NCBI GenBank assembly: GCA_963751345.1 | Contig: CAVVUS010000014.1 | Span: forward strand, 96,001-160,000 | Direction of reading: 5' to 3' | DNA length: 64,000 bases | From: an uncultured Chloroflexia bacterium | Lineage (GTDB): Bacteria > Chloroflexota > Anaerolineae > B4-G1 > SLSP01 | Part shown: positions 19,458 through 29,779 of the stretch, piece after piece | Numbering within the stretch: the first letter of the stretch is position 1 | How the letters are laid out: each line of letters begins with the position of its first letter | Program-made: the position numbers and the translations under genes | Notes under the pieces: generated by a model | The model's input: the letters and a program-made list of their open reading frames with translations, nothing else | Databases searched by the model: none | What the model was told of the DNA's origin: nothing

Positions 19458-22400
19458 CTACCGCCTTGGCTGCGTATGCACCGTCAGACGCCGGACGTAG
19501 CCATCACGCCGGAAGATATGTGCGCTCAGGACGTCATCCAGTGTATTGCCGGGCAAGGTGCCGGTAGCGCCATCGCTGAAACACACCTCAGTCTGTCCTC
19601 CATGGTCGGCGATATAGATAACGGGCACCTGGCAGAAGGTGAAGGCCAGTGAGCCCGCCGGCAGGTCAATCGTCTGCTGCTCACCACCGACGTCGATGTA
19701 AGTAAAAGGCGTCGGAGCGTCGAGGAACTCAGACGCGCGCAGCAGCCCCGGCTCGAACCCCAGCACGCCGTCTTTGACGATGATCCCGAGTTCCCCCATG
19801 CGGGTCAGGATCTCCTCCTTCACCAGTCCCGTCATGCCCGGCTGTTTGGCGCCCTGCCCCGCCGGGGTATGCGAGTAGGGATCGGTCGGAAAGGCGCCGA
19901 AGACCTCCGGCGTCTTGTTGAAGCCCAGGCCCTCGCGGATGTCGTAGTAGGCATCGGCCAGGGCTGCGATGGTAGCTCCGCGTCCTCTCCCCTCCTCCGC
20001 ATCTCCCCTGTTAGGAGGGAGAGTGCGGAAGGCTTCCTCTGCCGCCAGCAATAGCTTGGCGACCATATGCCAATAGATACTGCCCAGCCCCTCGTAGGCG
20101 AAGAAGGTGCCGGACCGACCGGTGAACGAACTGTGGTCGAAGACGTCCTCGAACAGCTGCAGAATGTCGCTGGCCTCCGCTTCAACAAGGTCGGCATAAG
20201 CCTCTTGAGTTGCCAATGCATCCAGCGCCTGCCGGGCGTCCTTCGCATTGCGGAAGTCCCCGTTGAAGTGGTAGACACCGTTCTCGTCCCTGACGATCAA
20301 GGTTCGATCGCCGTCCGCGACGAGCCTGGCTACAAGGGCCGACTCGACGACCCGGTCTGCCGGAATAACGTTCTTGTGCAGGAAGCCCGGCAAGTCCTTA
20401 TCCGGATAGAGCATATAGGTATGCTGGTCCGCCCGATACATCCGGCTGTGACGCAGTGCGCGGAGCAACGCCAGCGATTCCTCGCCGGAGAGCATACCCG
20501 ACGAAAGGACCGCGACCTGGCCCTCAAGCATCTCGTAGAGGTGCCCCACCGACGCGGTGCCGTTGCCCAGACGCAGGACATTGTAGGCGTGGTAGAGGCC
20601 GTCCGGTCGCCGGTTGGCCCGCAGCGTGTGCTCGATGTAGCGCTGGGCCAGGTCAAGGAAGGCCACAAGCGAGGCTGTGGAGAGCGCCGCGACTTCGCCG
20701 GAGAGCCCGTTCTCGTAGAGCATCCACCGATAGTCGCTGCTGGCCTGCCCCAGAGCATCCATCACGGCACGACGCTCCTGGTCGCCAAACGAGACCTCCA
20801 ACGTCGATGCATGGGCGGTCAGACCACTACGCACAGCCTCGAAGAGCCGCAGCGTCTCGGTCGTGACCTCCACCACACCACTGTCCGCTAGGTGTGCCCT
20901 GAAGAACACCACGTAGCGTCGCAAATAGGCCAACGTCACGACAGAGAGTCCCTTGCCGACCAGTGCGTTGTTGGCGTCGTTCCACTCGGGTCGCTGAGTA
21001 TTCATCCAGATGCCGCCCTCGGGCACGAAGTTGCCCAACTTGGCCAGCAGCAGGATGAGCAGTTTCTCGGATAGGTTGACGTGGAAGACCTCGCCATCGG
21101 CGCCCTGCAGAAGCTTGCCGTCGGTCCCCATCACGTGCACGATTCCGGCGATCCGGTCATCCAGCTCGCGGTCGAACTCGATCGTCTCATACCAGTCCTC
21201 GACGAGGGCCGAATATGGCTTGATCCGGTAGGGCACGTTGGCGTGACTGAAGATGCGCTCGCTCAAGAGATGCTCGAGCCGCCCAGGATGGAACTTCGCA
21301 GAGATCTCCAGGAGCTTCTGAAGATAGATGATCTGGTGGTCACTCCAGTAGCCGATGTTGGCCCAGGGATCGTCCGGCGACGGTGCCTCCCACTCGATGC
21401 CATCGCGCGTCACGCGATAGGGATTGTAACCGTCGGCGGTCGTGGCGTTGAGGAAAGTGCTGATCATCCCCTCGACGAACTCGGGATAGCTCCAGGCCAG
21501 CGGCTCCCAGTTCTGGAAGATGTCGCGCCAGTTGCCCTGGTAGTCGAGCTTCCGCGAGCCGTCGGCCCTCTTGAGGTTGATCGAGAACTGGTTCCAGGGG
21601 CGGCTGGGATCACCGTGTCTGCGGCTGAAGGTGAGAGGGAGGTACGACATACAAAGACGGGCCAGGTCGGGCGAGCCGGTCCCGGTCGCCTTCTGCAGCA
21701 GCCAGTTGTGCAGGAAATGGTCCGGCAGGGCTGCGAGGAAGCTATGCTGCTCCCTGGCCACGTGGCGATTTCTGACCTCGACAAAGTCGAGGAAGTCGGC
21801 CTTATCGACAACGTAACCATCCGCAAAGATACCGCCGCGCATCACGTTGAAGAGGGTGTTCGAGAGATGGTGGGTCGTCGTCGCCCGATCGGCCGAGCGT
21901 TGGAGGCCGTCTGAGGCCGCGGCGATCGCCACCAACTCCTCGGTGCCCCTCGCGATGTCCACCTCCAAGCGGTCGGCCAACGTGTCCGACGGCCCGTCGA
22001 CGGATCTTCCCCACTTGAGCACGTTAATGAGCGTGGCGACGCTGCCGGCGTCCTGATTGACCTCCGCGACGACGTACCAGCGCTTCTGCTCCCCACCCGC
22101 CAACTCGAAGGCAGCGTTGACCAGATAGGCGCCGCGGACGCCGCGCACATCGGTTTCCTGGCTAACCGGGCGACCTCGCCGGAAATCGTCCAGTTGCCGC
22201 GTCGACAGGAGATAGCAGGGGGCCTCCAGCCCGGTCTGCCAGGCGGTCGTCGCCTTGAGCGACTCGCTGGGCTCCGCCAGGTCCGTCAACGTCGAGCTGA
22301 GGCCGAAGATTCCCAGGCCGGTCTCCGCCTCGAGCTCGTTACGCTTGTAGCCGTTGAGCAGGTTGCTAAACGCCGTCTGCAGCGCCGTCGTCGCGCCGTA

Positions 22401-22964
22401 GGGCAGGAGGTTCTGCAGCCCCGACACCAGGGCCACCTGCCGGGATTCGGGAGAAAGGTTCTCGATCCACGCGGTCATGACAAAACCGAACTCTTCGCTC
22501 GTGCGCCAGGCGTAGCAGTACCTGAGGTCCAGGTCGTGGTTGATCTCCTCGAAGATCAACTTGTCGCCGTAAAGGTTTTTGTAGATATTCCGTTCGGTCC
22601 TATACACGCCCGGACACCCGGCCCGAAAGGGCTCCCATAGCCACGTCCGACCGCCCTGGGTGACCAGGATCGCGGCAACGTGGCCGGTGTTGTCGCTGTT
22701 CTCGGTGAGCTTGTCGTCCGTGTAGTAAGGAAAGAGCGAGGACTCGGCGTTGGCGCGCCCTGCCGAGAGCCCGCCTGTGCTCGAGATAAATATCCAGTGG
22801 TCCGAGCTGCTGACCACGCTTATGAAGAAAGGTGGCATTTGGTCGTAGGCCCGAATGCAGTGATACGTCTCCCCCAACATCTCTGCGTAGCCGCCCTCCA
22901 CGCGACCGGTGTCGCTGCGGACGGGGCTATCCCCGACGTAGATTGTCCGTACTTGAGCGTTCAT
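19458..22964 (-). CDS. 1168-aa conserved protein, probable GH149 beta-1,3-glucan phosphorylase
   Basis: Size and motifs (PFFISVVSSSDHW, FPYYTDDK, FSRRHGDPSRPWN, YQGNWRDIFQNWE, YEGLGSIYWHM, AFPTDPYSHTP) match my recollection of GH149; needs HMM confirmation. Confidence 0.7.
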   Translation of the reverse strand: MNAQVRTIYVGDSPVRSDTGRVEGGYAEMLGETYHCIRAYDQMPPFFISVVSSSDHWIFISSTGGLSAGRANAESSLFPYYTDDKLTENSDNTGHVAAILVTQGGRTWLWEPFRAGCPGVYRTERNIYKNLYGDKLIFEEINHDLDLRYCYAWRTSEEFGFVMTAWIENLSPESRQVALVSGLQNLLPYGATTALQTAFSNLLNGYKRNELEAETGLGIFGLSSTLTDLAEPSESLKATTAWQTGLEAPCYLLSTRQLDDFRRGRPVSQETDVRGVRGAYLVNAAFELAGGEQKRWYVVAEVNQDAGSVATLINVLKWGRSVDGPSDTLADRLEVDIARGTEELVAIAAASDGLQRSADRATTTHHLSNTLFNVMRGGIFADGYVVDKADFLDFVEVRNRHVAREQHSFLAALPDHFLHNWLLQKATGTGSPDLARLCMSYLPLTFSRRHGDPSRPWNQFSINLKRADGSRKLDYQGNWRDIFQNWEPLAWSYPEFVEGMISTFLNATTADGYNPYRVTRDGIEWEAPSPDDPWANIGYWSDHQIIYLQKLLEISAKFHPGRLEHLLSERIFSHANVPYRIKPYSALVEDWYETIEFDRELDDRIAGIVHVMGTDGKLLQGADGEVFHVNLSEKLLILLLAKLGNFVPEGGIWMNTQRPEWNDANNALVGKGLSVVTLAYLRRYVVFFRAHLADSGVVEVTTETLRLFEAVRSGLTAHASTLEVSFGDQERRAVMDALGQASSDYRWMLYENGLSGEVAALSTASLVAFLDLAQRYIEHTLRANRRPDGLYHAYNVLRLGNGTASVGHLYEMLEGQVAVLSSGMLSGEESLALLRALRHSRMYRADQHTYMLYPDKDLPGFLHKNVIPADRVVESALVARLVADGDRTLIVRDENGVYHFNGDFRNAKDARQALDALATQEAYADLVEAEASDILQLFEDVFDHSSFTGRSGTFFAYEGLGSIYWHMVAKLLLAAEEAFRTLPPNRGDAEEGRGRGATIAALADAYYDIREGLGFNKTPEVFGAFPTDPYSHTPAGQGAKQPGMTGLVKEEILTRMGELGIIVKDGVLGFEPGLLRASEFLDAPTPFTYIDVGGEQQTIDLPAGSLAFTFCQVPVIYIADHGGQTEVCFSDGATGTLPGNTLDDVLSAHIFRRDGYVRRLTVHTQPRR

Positions 22965-23042
22965 AGGTTCGGAGACCCCTTTCTGGTATCAACAGAGGTG
23001 TTCGATGCCCAGTGTACGAGCGTCGCGGCATAGTGTCAAAGT

Positions 23043-23088
23043 GTAGTGCCTCTCGGTGCCGGGGACTTCGAAAGATCCCCGGCACTAT
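23043..23088. repeat. GTAG-type palindrome in a divergent intergenic region
   Basis: GTAGTGCC...GTGCCGGGGA-CTTCGAAAGA-TCCCCGGCACTA. Confidence 0.5.
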
Positions 23089-23207
23089 AGGAGGAGCCGT
23101 CATCCAGATGCCGGGCACCGACGCAACGTGCCAACGTGGTAACGTTCAAACGCACTTCAATTGGCAACCCCGGCCAAGGGCCTATAATGCCGATGCACAT
23201 GGAACGG

Positions 23208-24506
23208 ATGAACGATGTCCCGCGCCAGACTCTCAAACGCATCCTGGACCAGTACGGCCGCGACGTCTGTGACGACCCGCGACGCTGTGAGGCACTGCTG
23301 CGAGACTTCTGTGGTGAGTATCGCCGGGAGATCTTCGTGCTGATCAGTGCGCTGGAGGAAGGCGTCGCGGACGATCTCCGCAAGATGACCGCCCAGCTTC
23401 CCTACACGGTGGTGATGCCGCGGTTGGCGGCGGAGCTGCACGAGACGACGGCGCTTTCGGTGGAGGCTGCACAATGGGCCGTCAGGACCTGGGCCGAGGC
23501 CCTGGGGCTTGCATCTCAGGCAACGTCGACATCGCAGTCTTCCGTCGCCCAGGCCGGTGCAGGGTCCGCGCCGGGGTTCCGCCTGGCACGTCGCTGGCAG
23601 GCACACGACGGCGAGGTCTCCGGCCTCGCATTCGGTCCCGATGGGCGACAGTTGGCCTCTGTGGGGCTCGACGCGGTGGCGCGTATCTGGCCGGTGGCTG
23701 CCGCGAGGTCCCCCGGCGATGGACAGGAGTCGCCGGCCCTGAGTCAACAGACAGGCATTCTGACCTGTGTCGCCTGGCGTCCCGATGGCCTGGCCCTGGC
23801 ATTGGGCAGTGGCGATATGGGCATCTATCTCTGGCATTGGACCGAAGCCGGGGAGGATGTGCCGCGCCTCCGGGGGCACACCGGAGGGGTGACCGGTGTG
23901 TCCTATTTTCCAGACGGCAAGACGCTCGCCTCGTGCGGCCACGACGGCGCCATCCGTCTCTGGGAGACGCCGGCAGGCTCACAGAAGGCTGACCTGCGCG
24001 GGCATACCGGAAGCGTCTTGGCTCTGGCGATCGGTCCCGATGGACGGACGATTGCCTCCGCCGGAGGCTGGGACCGGACGGTGCGCGTATGGGACGTCGG
24101 ACAAAGCCAGGAGATGTGGGCGCTGTCGGGCCACACGGCACAGGTGACCTGCGTGAGCTTTGACTCCCAGGGAAAGCTCCTCGCCTCCGGCGGATGGGAC
24201 GAGACGGTCCGACTTTGGGACCCCAAGTACGGACGTGAACAGGGCCAGCTTGTCGAAAACGGGGACACGCTTCACCTGATCGCGACGCTCGCCATCGCAC
24301 CCGACGGTAGCGTGGCAGCCACGGGAGACTGGGGAGGCCAGGTTCGTCTCTGGCACCTGCAGCGGAGAGTCCTCCTGGGAAGATTGGCGGAACACAAAGG
24401 ACGCGTTCGGTCTGTCACCTTCAGCCCTGGCGGGCGGTGGCTGGCCTCTGCAGATGACCAGGGCGAGATCTGCCTCTGGCGTTCGGAAAACGCCGGTCGA
24501 CCGTAG
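23208..24506 (+). CDS. WD40-repeat protein with N-terminal helical domain
   Basis: About seven GH...WD-type repeats (LRGHTGGV...IRLWE; LSGHTAQV...VRLWD); N-terminal CDDPRRCEALLRDFCG domain. Confidence 0.9.
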   Translation: MNDVPRQTLKRILDQYGRDVCDDPRRCEALLRDFCGEYRREIFVLISALEEGVADDLRKMTAQLPYTVVMPRLAAELHETTALSVEAAQWAVRTWAEALGLASQATSTSQSSVAQAGAGSAPGFRLARRWQAHDGEVSGLAFGPDGRQLASVGLDAVARIWPVAAARSPGDGQESPALSQQTGILTCVAWRPDGLALALGSGDMGIYLWHWTEAGEDVPRLRGHTGGVTGVSYFPDGKTLASCGHDGAIRLWETPAGSQKADLRGHTGSVLALAIGPDGRTIASAGGWDRTVRVWDVGQSQEMWALSGHTAQVTCVSFDSQGKLLASGGWDETVRLWDPKYGREQGQLVENGDTLHLIATLAIAPDGSVAATGDWGGQVRLWHLQRRVLLGRLAEHKGRVRSVTFSPGGRWLASADDQGEICLWRSENAGRP

Positions 24507-24539
24507 GGTGCAACTTTCCGGAGATGAATTCGTAATGAA

Positions 24540-24678
24540 AAGAAGAAAACAGAATGAGAGAATGAAGAATCGAAAAGCCGGCGAATGTCAGCGCAGTGAG
24601 TACCTCAGGCTCACTGTGACGTTCGCTGATTTTCCATTCTTGATTCTTGGATTCTGCATTCTTGATTCTGGCATTCGC
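24540..24678. repeat. Inverted short-repeat tract (GAATG/AAGAAT ... ATTCTTG)
   Basis: AGAATGAG repeats followed by ATTCTTG/ATTCTG repeats in an intergenic gap. Confidence 0.6.
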
Positions 24679-24696
24679 TGAGACCGGGGACAAAAC

Positions 24697-25977
24697 ATGA
24701 ACCGTACACGCTGGATTTTCGTTGGTATTGTGGTCGTGGCGCTGGTTATCGTCGGCGCATCGCTGGCCTTCCGGGGCCTGCAGCCGGATAGCGGAGGGGT
24801 GACCACACCAGGGAACGCCGGCCAGCCGATTACCGTGGACCGCCCGGACGCCATTACGGTGCGCGTGATCACGGCGCTGCCGATCGAGACGTGGGTACGA
24901 AATGCAGCAGACGCCTATAACGCAACGTCGCCCAGCCTCGACGGAGTACCGGTCACGGTCGAGATCGTCGCAATGGATGGGCTCACGGCGTTGGGGCGTT
25001 GGGATCGCAACACCTTTGGCGCGCTGGAGCCCGGCGTCAACCCCGAGGATCTGGACCCGGCCGCCCAAGCCGCGTTGGAAGAGTTCCCAACCGCATGGAT
25101 CCCGGAAAGCCGATACCTCGTAGAGCTGGCAAATGCGTCCTACAAGGAGCGGCTGGGCCGCGACGTCTTCCTCACCGATGGTGAGTACCGGGCGCGCCCC
25201 ATCGCGACGAGCCTATTGACATGGGGCATCTACCAAAGCCGGGCCCAGGTGCTGCAGGACAAGTACGGCCAGATCAGTTGGGATACGATCCACGACGCAG
25301 CCACGGCCCAGGGGGGATGGCCAGAGCTGGGGGGAGATCCTAGCTGGGGTTACTTCAAGCTCGTGGTGCCCAACCCCAACAAGAACGTGGCCGGGTTGCA
25401 CGCGATGATCGCGGCTGCCGGTGAATATTACGGCCGGCCCGACATCAGCGTAGCCGATGTGACGAATCCCGACTTCCAGGCCTGGCTGAAGGAGCTGATG
25501 GGTGCGGTGACGGACTTCAGCAGTGCCAGCGCCTATACCGCCGAGGATTTCGCACTCTTCGGCTACAGCGTGGGTGACGGCGGTCAGCTCCTGGAGACAG
25601 ACCTGCTCCTCAATATGGAGGGGATCCTGACCCGGTGGGAAGACCCCATCAACCTCTATTATCCCCGCTATGTCACGTGGTTCGACTTCCCGTTCTCGGT
25701 CTGGGTGGGACCCGAGACGACCGCGTTGGAGAAGAACGCAGCCCTCGATTTCGAGCACTACCTGCTCAGCGACGAACAACAGCAGGCCGGTCTGGTCTAC
25801 GGGCTCCGCCCAGCAAATCCGGCGGTTCCGCTGGACGCTGTGCCGGACAGCCTCTTTGTGAAGTGGCAGGACCGGGGCGTCGAGAACGTGATACCGCGAG
25901 CGGATGCGATGCGCAACCCCGACCGCGACGTGCTCCTGGCCCTGCTCCGATGGTTTGAGTTGAACGTGACGGAATAA
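24697..25977 (+). CDS. Membrane-anchored substrate-binding-fold protein (paralogue of the downstream vWA-SBP, without the vWA domain)
   Basis: N-terminal TM; PTAWIPES, IATSLLTWG, FKLVVPNP...AGL, GLRPA parallel the downstream protein. Confidence 0.7.
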   Translation: MNRTRWIFVGIVVVALVIVGASLAFRGLQPDSGGVTTPGNAGQPITVDRPDAITVRVITALPIETWVRNAADAYNATSPSLDGVPVTVEIVAMDGLTALGRWDRNTFGALEPGVNPEDLDPAAQAALEEFPTAWIPESRYLVELANASYKERLGRDVFLTDGEYRARPIATSLLTWGIYQSRAQVLQDKYGQISWDTIHDAATAQGGWPELGGDPSWGYFKLVVPNPNKNVAGLHAMIAAAGEYYGRPDISVADVTNPDFQAWLKELMGAVTDFSSASAYTAEDFALFGYSVGDGGQLLETDLLLNMEGILTRWEDPINLYYPRYVTWFDFPFSVWVGPETTALEKNAALDFEHYLLSDEQQQAGLVYGLRPANPAVPLDAVPDSLFVKWQDRGVENVIPRADAMRNPDRDVLLALLRWFELNVTE

Positions 25978-25978
25978 C

Positions 25979-27739
25979 ATGAGCAACCCAACAGACTCAC
26001 CACTGAACCTGCCGCCCGATCCCAACATACAGCGCCGGCAGAGGCGGCTGGCGACACTTCTCGTCGTGATGGGGCTGATATGTGCCCTGGGGGGAGCCGC
26101 CGTCTATGGGGGGCGCGTCGCCCTGGATTGGATCAACCAGAGACTTCCACGCGGCACTCAGGCCCCCGGTGACGCCATCAGCGCGAGTGAACTGACCATC
26201 GCCGTCTCACCGGCGATGAAACCCGTCTTCGACCAGTTGGTGCAAAGCTTCAACGAGAGCACAGGCGATGGATCGTTGCCTATCCAGACGCTGGAACTGA
26301 CGCCGGAGAAAATGGTCGACCAGAGTTTGGAGGCCACACCTGCATTCCAGGCGTTGGCGCCCGACAGCAGCCTGTGGTTCCACCAACTGGAGCAGCGATG
26401 GGCTGCGTCGGTGGAAGGTGGCGTGCAGGGCTCGGTCATTCCGATCGCCAACCGGCGGGCGAGCACGCCCATCCGCTATGCCGTCAGCCCCGTCGTCGTC
26501 GTGGCTTGGGAAAGTGTGGCGCGGGATCTGGGTTGGCCCTTCGAGCCCCTTGGCTGGCAGGAAATTCAGCTCAAGGCGACCCGCGACCCCAACTTCAAGT
26601 GGAACCATCCCAGCACCAACAACGCCAGCGGGCTGCTGGCAACCCTGGCCGAGTTCTATGCGGGTGCGAATCTCACGCGTGGGCTCACAGAGGAGGCGGC
26701 GACAGCCACCAGCACGCTGGAATACGTCCGGAATGTGGAAGCCACCGTCCGCTTCTATGGTGAGGGCGAGGCTGTGATCCTCGATCGGCTGCACGCCGAG
26801 GGACGGAACTTCCTGGATGCCTTTGTGGCACAGGAACAGGTGGTCATCGCGTGGAACCAGGCGCAGCCCAGCGAGCGGTTGGTCGCCATCTACCCGGCGG
26901 AGGGCACGCTCTGGGCCGATCATCCTCTCGCGCTCCTGGAGCTCGATACCGTGACCGAGGCTCAGCGGCGCACCTACCAGGACTTTGTCACCTTCCTGAC
27001 GGGCAGCGAAGCGCAACGCACGTTGCTCGCTGCGGGCTACCGCCCTGCAGATCTCTCGATCGCGCTGGATGGCCCGGACAGTCCTTTCACCGGCAACGAC
27101 GCCGTGGACTGGCGTCAGCCGCAGACCACACTCCAGATTCCGGCTCAGCAGGTCGTGCAGGTCGTACAGAACGTGTGGCAGTACACCAAGCGGCCCACCA
27201 ACGTCTTCCTCGTCGTCGACACCAGCGGCAGTATGGAGGACGGCACCAAGATGGACAGCACCAAGGAGGCGCTGCTGGCCTTCCTGGACAACATCCAGGG
27301 GGACCGGGACCGGGTGGGCCTGATTGAGTTTGGCAGCGACATCAAACGCGTAGAGCCCCTGAGCACGCTGACCGATGACGGCAGACAGCGGCTCCAGGCC
27401 GTGATCCGGGCGATGCAGCCTCGTGGCAACACGGCCATGCTGGATGCGGTCTGGGAAGCCCACCAGCAGATCGTGCAGATCAATGACACCGAGGCCATCA
27501 ATGCCATCGTGGTCATGACCGATGGGCTGGAGAACGCCAGTCGCCATACCGAGATAGAACTACAGCGGGCCTTCAGCAACAGCGAGTCCCAGCGCATCGT
27601 GGTTTTCACCATCGGCTTTGGGTCGGATGCCGACGTAAAGCTCCTGCAGGAGATCGCCCTATCGGGGGGCGGGCAGTTCCGCAGGGCTGATGAAACCGAC
27701 CTCGAGGAGCTCTACAGAACCATTTCCACCTACTTCTAG
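25979..27739 (+). CDS. TM + solute-binding domain + C-terminal vWA (MIDAS) protein
   Basis: SPVVVVAW, IYPAEGTLWADHP, DTSGSM MIDAS, VVMTDGLEN, FTIGFGSDAD. Confidence 0.9.
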   Translation: MSNPTDSPLNLPPDPNIQRRQRRLATLLVVMGLICALGGAAVYGGRVALDWINQRLPRGTQAPGDAISASELTIAVSPAMKPVFDQLVQSFNESTGDGSLPIQTLELTPEKMVDQSLEATPAFQALAPDSSLWFHQLEQRWAASVEGGVQGSVIPIANRRASTPIRYAVSPVVVVAWESVARDLGWPFEPLGWQEIQLKATRDPNFKWNHPSTNNASGLLATLAEFYAGANLTRGLTEEAATATSTLEYVRNVEATVRFYGEGEAVILDRLHAEGRNFLDAFVAQEQVVIAWNQAQPSERLVAIYPAEGTLWADHPLALLELDTVTEAQRRTYQDFVTFLTGSEAQRTLLAAGYRPADLSIALDGPDSPFTGNDAVDWRQPQTTLQIPAQQVVQVVQNVWQYTKRPTNVFLVVDTSGSMEDGTKMDSTKEALLAFLDNIQGDRDRVGLIEFGSDIKRVEPLSTLTDDGRQRLQAVIRAMQPRGNTAMLDAVWEAHQQIVQINDTEAINAIVVMTDGLENASRHTEIELQRAFSNSESQRIVVFTIGFGSDADVKLLQEIALSGGGQFRRADETDLEELYRTISTYF

Positions 27740-27748
27740 GATTCGAGG

Positions 27749-28576
27749 ATGTCGAACCTGAGAGCGGAGATACAGGGGAAGGCCACAGGCGCCTTGCTGC
27801 AGTATGCGTTCCTGCGGATCGAGAGCGCGCTGGTGGTCGCCGGCGCGATCCTGTTGAGTGTGCTGCTGCCCAAGCCCTTCCCCTGGTGGCCGGGCTTTTG
27901 GCTCTGGTTGATTCTGGGGCTCTTCGCCTGGGGCATCATCGTTGCGACGAGCATCACCGACCCGACTACCTCGGCAAAGGTGCGTTGGCAATTGCTCCGC
28001 GATCGTCTCGATCTGATGCAGATCCAGGATGCCGGGCTACGCGAGCGGGTCGATGCGATGAGCCAGTACATCCGCGACGTCGAGGTGGATCTCAATCGCG
28101 CCGGGGATGCCGGCGAGGCTGCGGGCCTGGGCGAGATCGCGGGGATGATGTATGACTGGGTGGCGCAAGCTGCGCTCTTTGCCCGGTACGTCGATACCTA
28201 CCGCCGCGACTACCGGCTGGAGAAACGGCGCGGCGAGCTGCCAGGTCTGATCGAAACCCTGGTGGCCCGATTGAAGTACGAGAAGAACCCGGACATCATC
28301 GACCGGCTCAACGCAGAGATGGAAGCGCTGGGCAAGGATTGGCAGAGCCTGAAGCTGCTGGATGCGCAGATGCAACAGGCCGAGCCTCAGCTGAATCAAA
28401 GCCTGACAGCTCTTGCCAGGTCTGTCAGTGAGATGCACGTGATCGCAGCCGAGCGGGATCTGGTGAAGAATCGCCTGGATCACCTCAAGGCGGATGTTCA
28501 ACGACATCAGGGACAGATGGGAGATCTGGTGACGCAGGTAAAGCAGCTCTACACCGAGGCGCTGGACAAGCGCTAA
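27749..28576 (+). CDS. Hypothetical protein with two N-terminal TM helices and a long coiled-coil C-terminus
   Basis: Hydrophobic residues ~15-65 followed by heptad-rich helices; 9 bp after the vWA gene. Confidence 0.75.
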   Translation: MSNLRAEIQGKATGALLQYAFLRIESALVVAGAILLSVLLPKPFPWWPGFWLWLILGLFAWGIIVATSITDPTTSAKVRWQLLRDRLDLMQIQDAGLRERVDAMSQYIRDVEVDLNRAGDAGEAAGLGEIAGMMYDWVAQAALFARYVDTYRRDYRLEKRRGELPGLIETLVARLKYEKNPDIIDRLNAEMEALGKDWQSLKLLDAQMQQAEPQLNQSLTALARSVSEMHVIAAERDLVKNRLDHLKADVQRHQGQMGDLVTQVKQLYTEALDKR

Positions 28577-28608
28577 GCCGGAATAGGCCCTCTTGGAGGA
28601 CGAGAACT

Positions 28609-29754
28609 ATGAAGCGAATGCCGCAATGGTTGATACTGCTGGTAGCTGCCCTGTTACTGGTGGCGTGTGGCGGGGCCGGCGCGAAGGCCCCGACGAAGGG
28701 GGACGTCCTTGTCTATGTCGCGGTACCGCTGAGTGGCTTCCAGGCCAACGGCGGTCAGACCGTGTTGGGAGGAGTGCGGCTAGCCGCAGAACAGATCAAC
28801 CGCGACGGTGGGTTGGAGGGGTACCGCGTCGTGGTACAGCCGCTGGATGATGAGTCGGATAGCGACGTCGCGGTGGCCCAGGTTGACCAGATCCAGGCAG
28901 CGCTCCAAAGCGGCGCAGAGGTCCTGGGCGTCATCGGTCACCTGAACAGCGGCCAAACCCTTGCGGCTATGACCCTCTACTCGAAGATGGACCTGGTCGT
29001 CATCACGCCGACGGCGTCAGAGCAAAGTCTGACGCAGAAGGGCTATACCAACTTCTTCCGCGTCAATGCCAATGATGCGGTACAGGCGAAGGTCGACGCC
29101 CGCTTCCTGGTCGAGCACCTGGGAGCCCAGAAGGTTGCCGTGGCTTTCAACAACACGGAATATGGACAGGGGTTGGCATCCTCGCTCAGTGACGAGTTGG
29201 TGGCCTTGGGTGCCGAGGTCGTCACCCGGATCGAGGTAGAGGAAGGCCAGGGGACCTATGCAACCGAGGTCGCGCAGATTCAAGCGGCCTCCCCAGATGC
29301 CATCTTCTATGCAGGCTACGAGATCGAGGCGCCCTACCTGCGGACGGAACTGGTCCGGGCCGGGATCACCGTGCCTATGCTGTGCAGCGATGGCGCCTTT
29401 CTGGCAGCCACGATTGACGAGGCCGACGGCACAGCCGAGGGTATGTACGTGAGCGCGTTCGCTCCCAGCCCACGGGCCGTGGGCGATCAGGCCTGGTTTG
29501 AGGCCTATCAGGCGGTAGAATACAGGAATCCCGACACCTATTCCGTCAATGGTTACGTCGCGATGCAGGTCCTTGCGGACGGCGTCCGGCAGGCCGGGTC
29601 GATCAAGGCCGACCAGATCTCCGCGTCGCTGCGGGAGAACCCCGCACCGACGCTGCTCGGCGACATGACCTTCGACGCGAACGGCGACCTGGTCAATCCC
29701 CAGATCTGGATCTACCAGGTGGAGAATGCCGAGTTCCAGCAAATAGAGTGGTAG
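28609..29754 (+). CDS. Branched-chain amino acid ABC-type substrate-binding lipoprotein (LivJ/LivK-like), orphan
   Basis: Lipobox LVAC, PLSG, GVIGHLNSG, ITPTAS, FFRV, FDANGD. Confidence 0.9.
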   Translation: MKRMPQWLILLVAALLLVACGGAGAKAPTKGDVLVYVAVPLSGFQANGGQTVLGGVRLAAEQINRDGGLEGYRVVVQPLDDESDSDVAVAQVDQIQAALQSGAEVLGVIGHLNSGQTLAAMTLYSKMDLVVITPTASEQSLTQKGYTNFFRVNANDAVQAKVDARFLVEHLGAQKVAVAFNNTEYGQGLASSLSDELVALGAEVVTRIEVEEGQGTYATEVAQIQAASPDAIFYAGYEIEAPYLRTELVRAGITVPMLCSDGAFLAATIDEADGTAEGMYVSAFAPSPRAVGDQAWFEAYQAVEYRNPDTYSVNGYVAMQVLADGVRQAGSIKADQISASLRENPAPTLLGDMTFDANGDLVNPQIWIYQVENAEFQQIEW

Positions 29755-29779
29755 TGTTTTCACGAAAGGAGAAACAACG

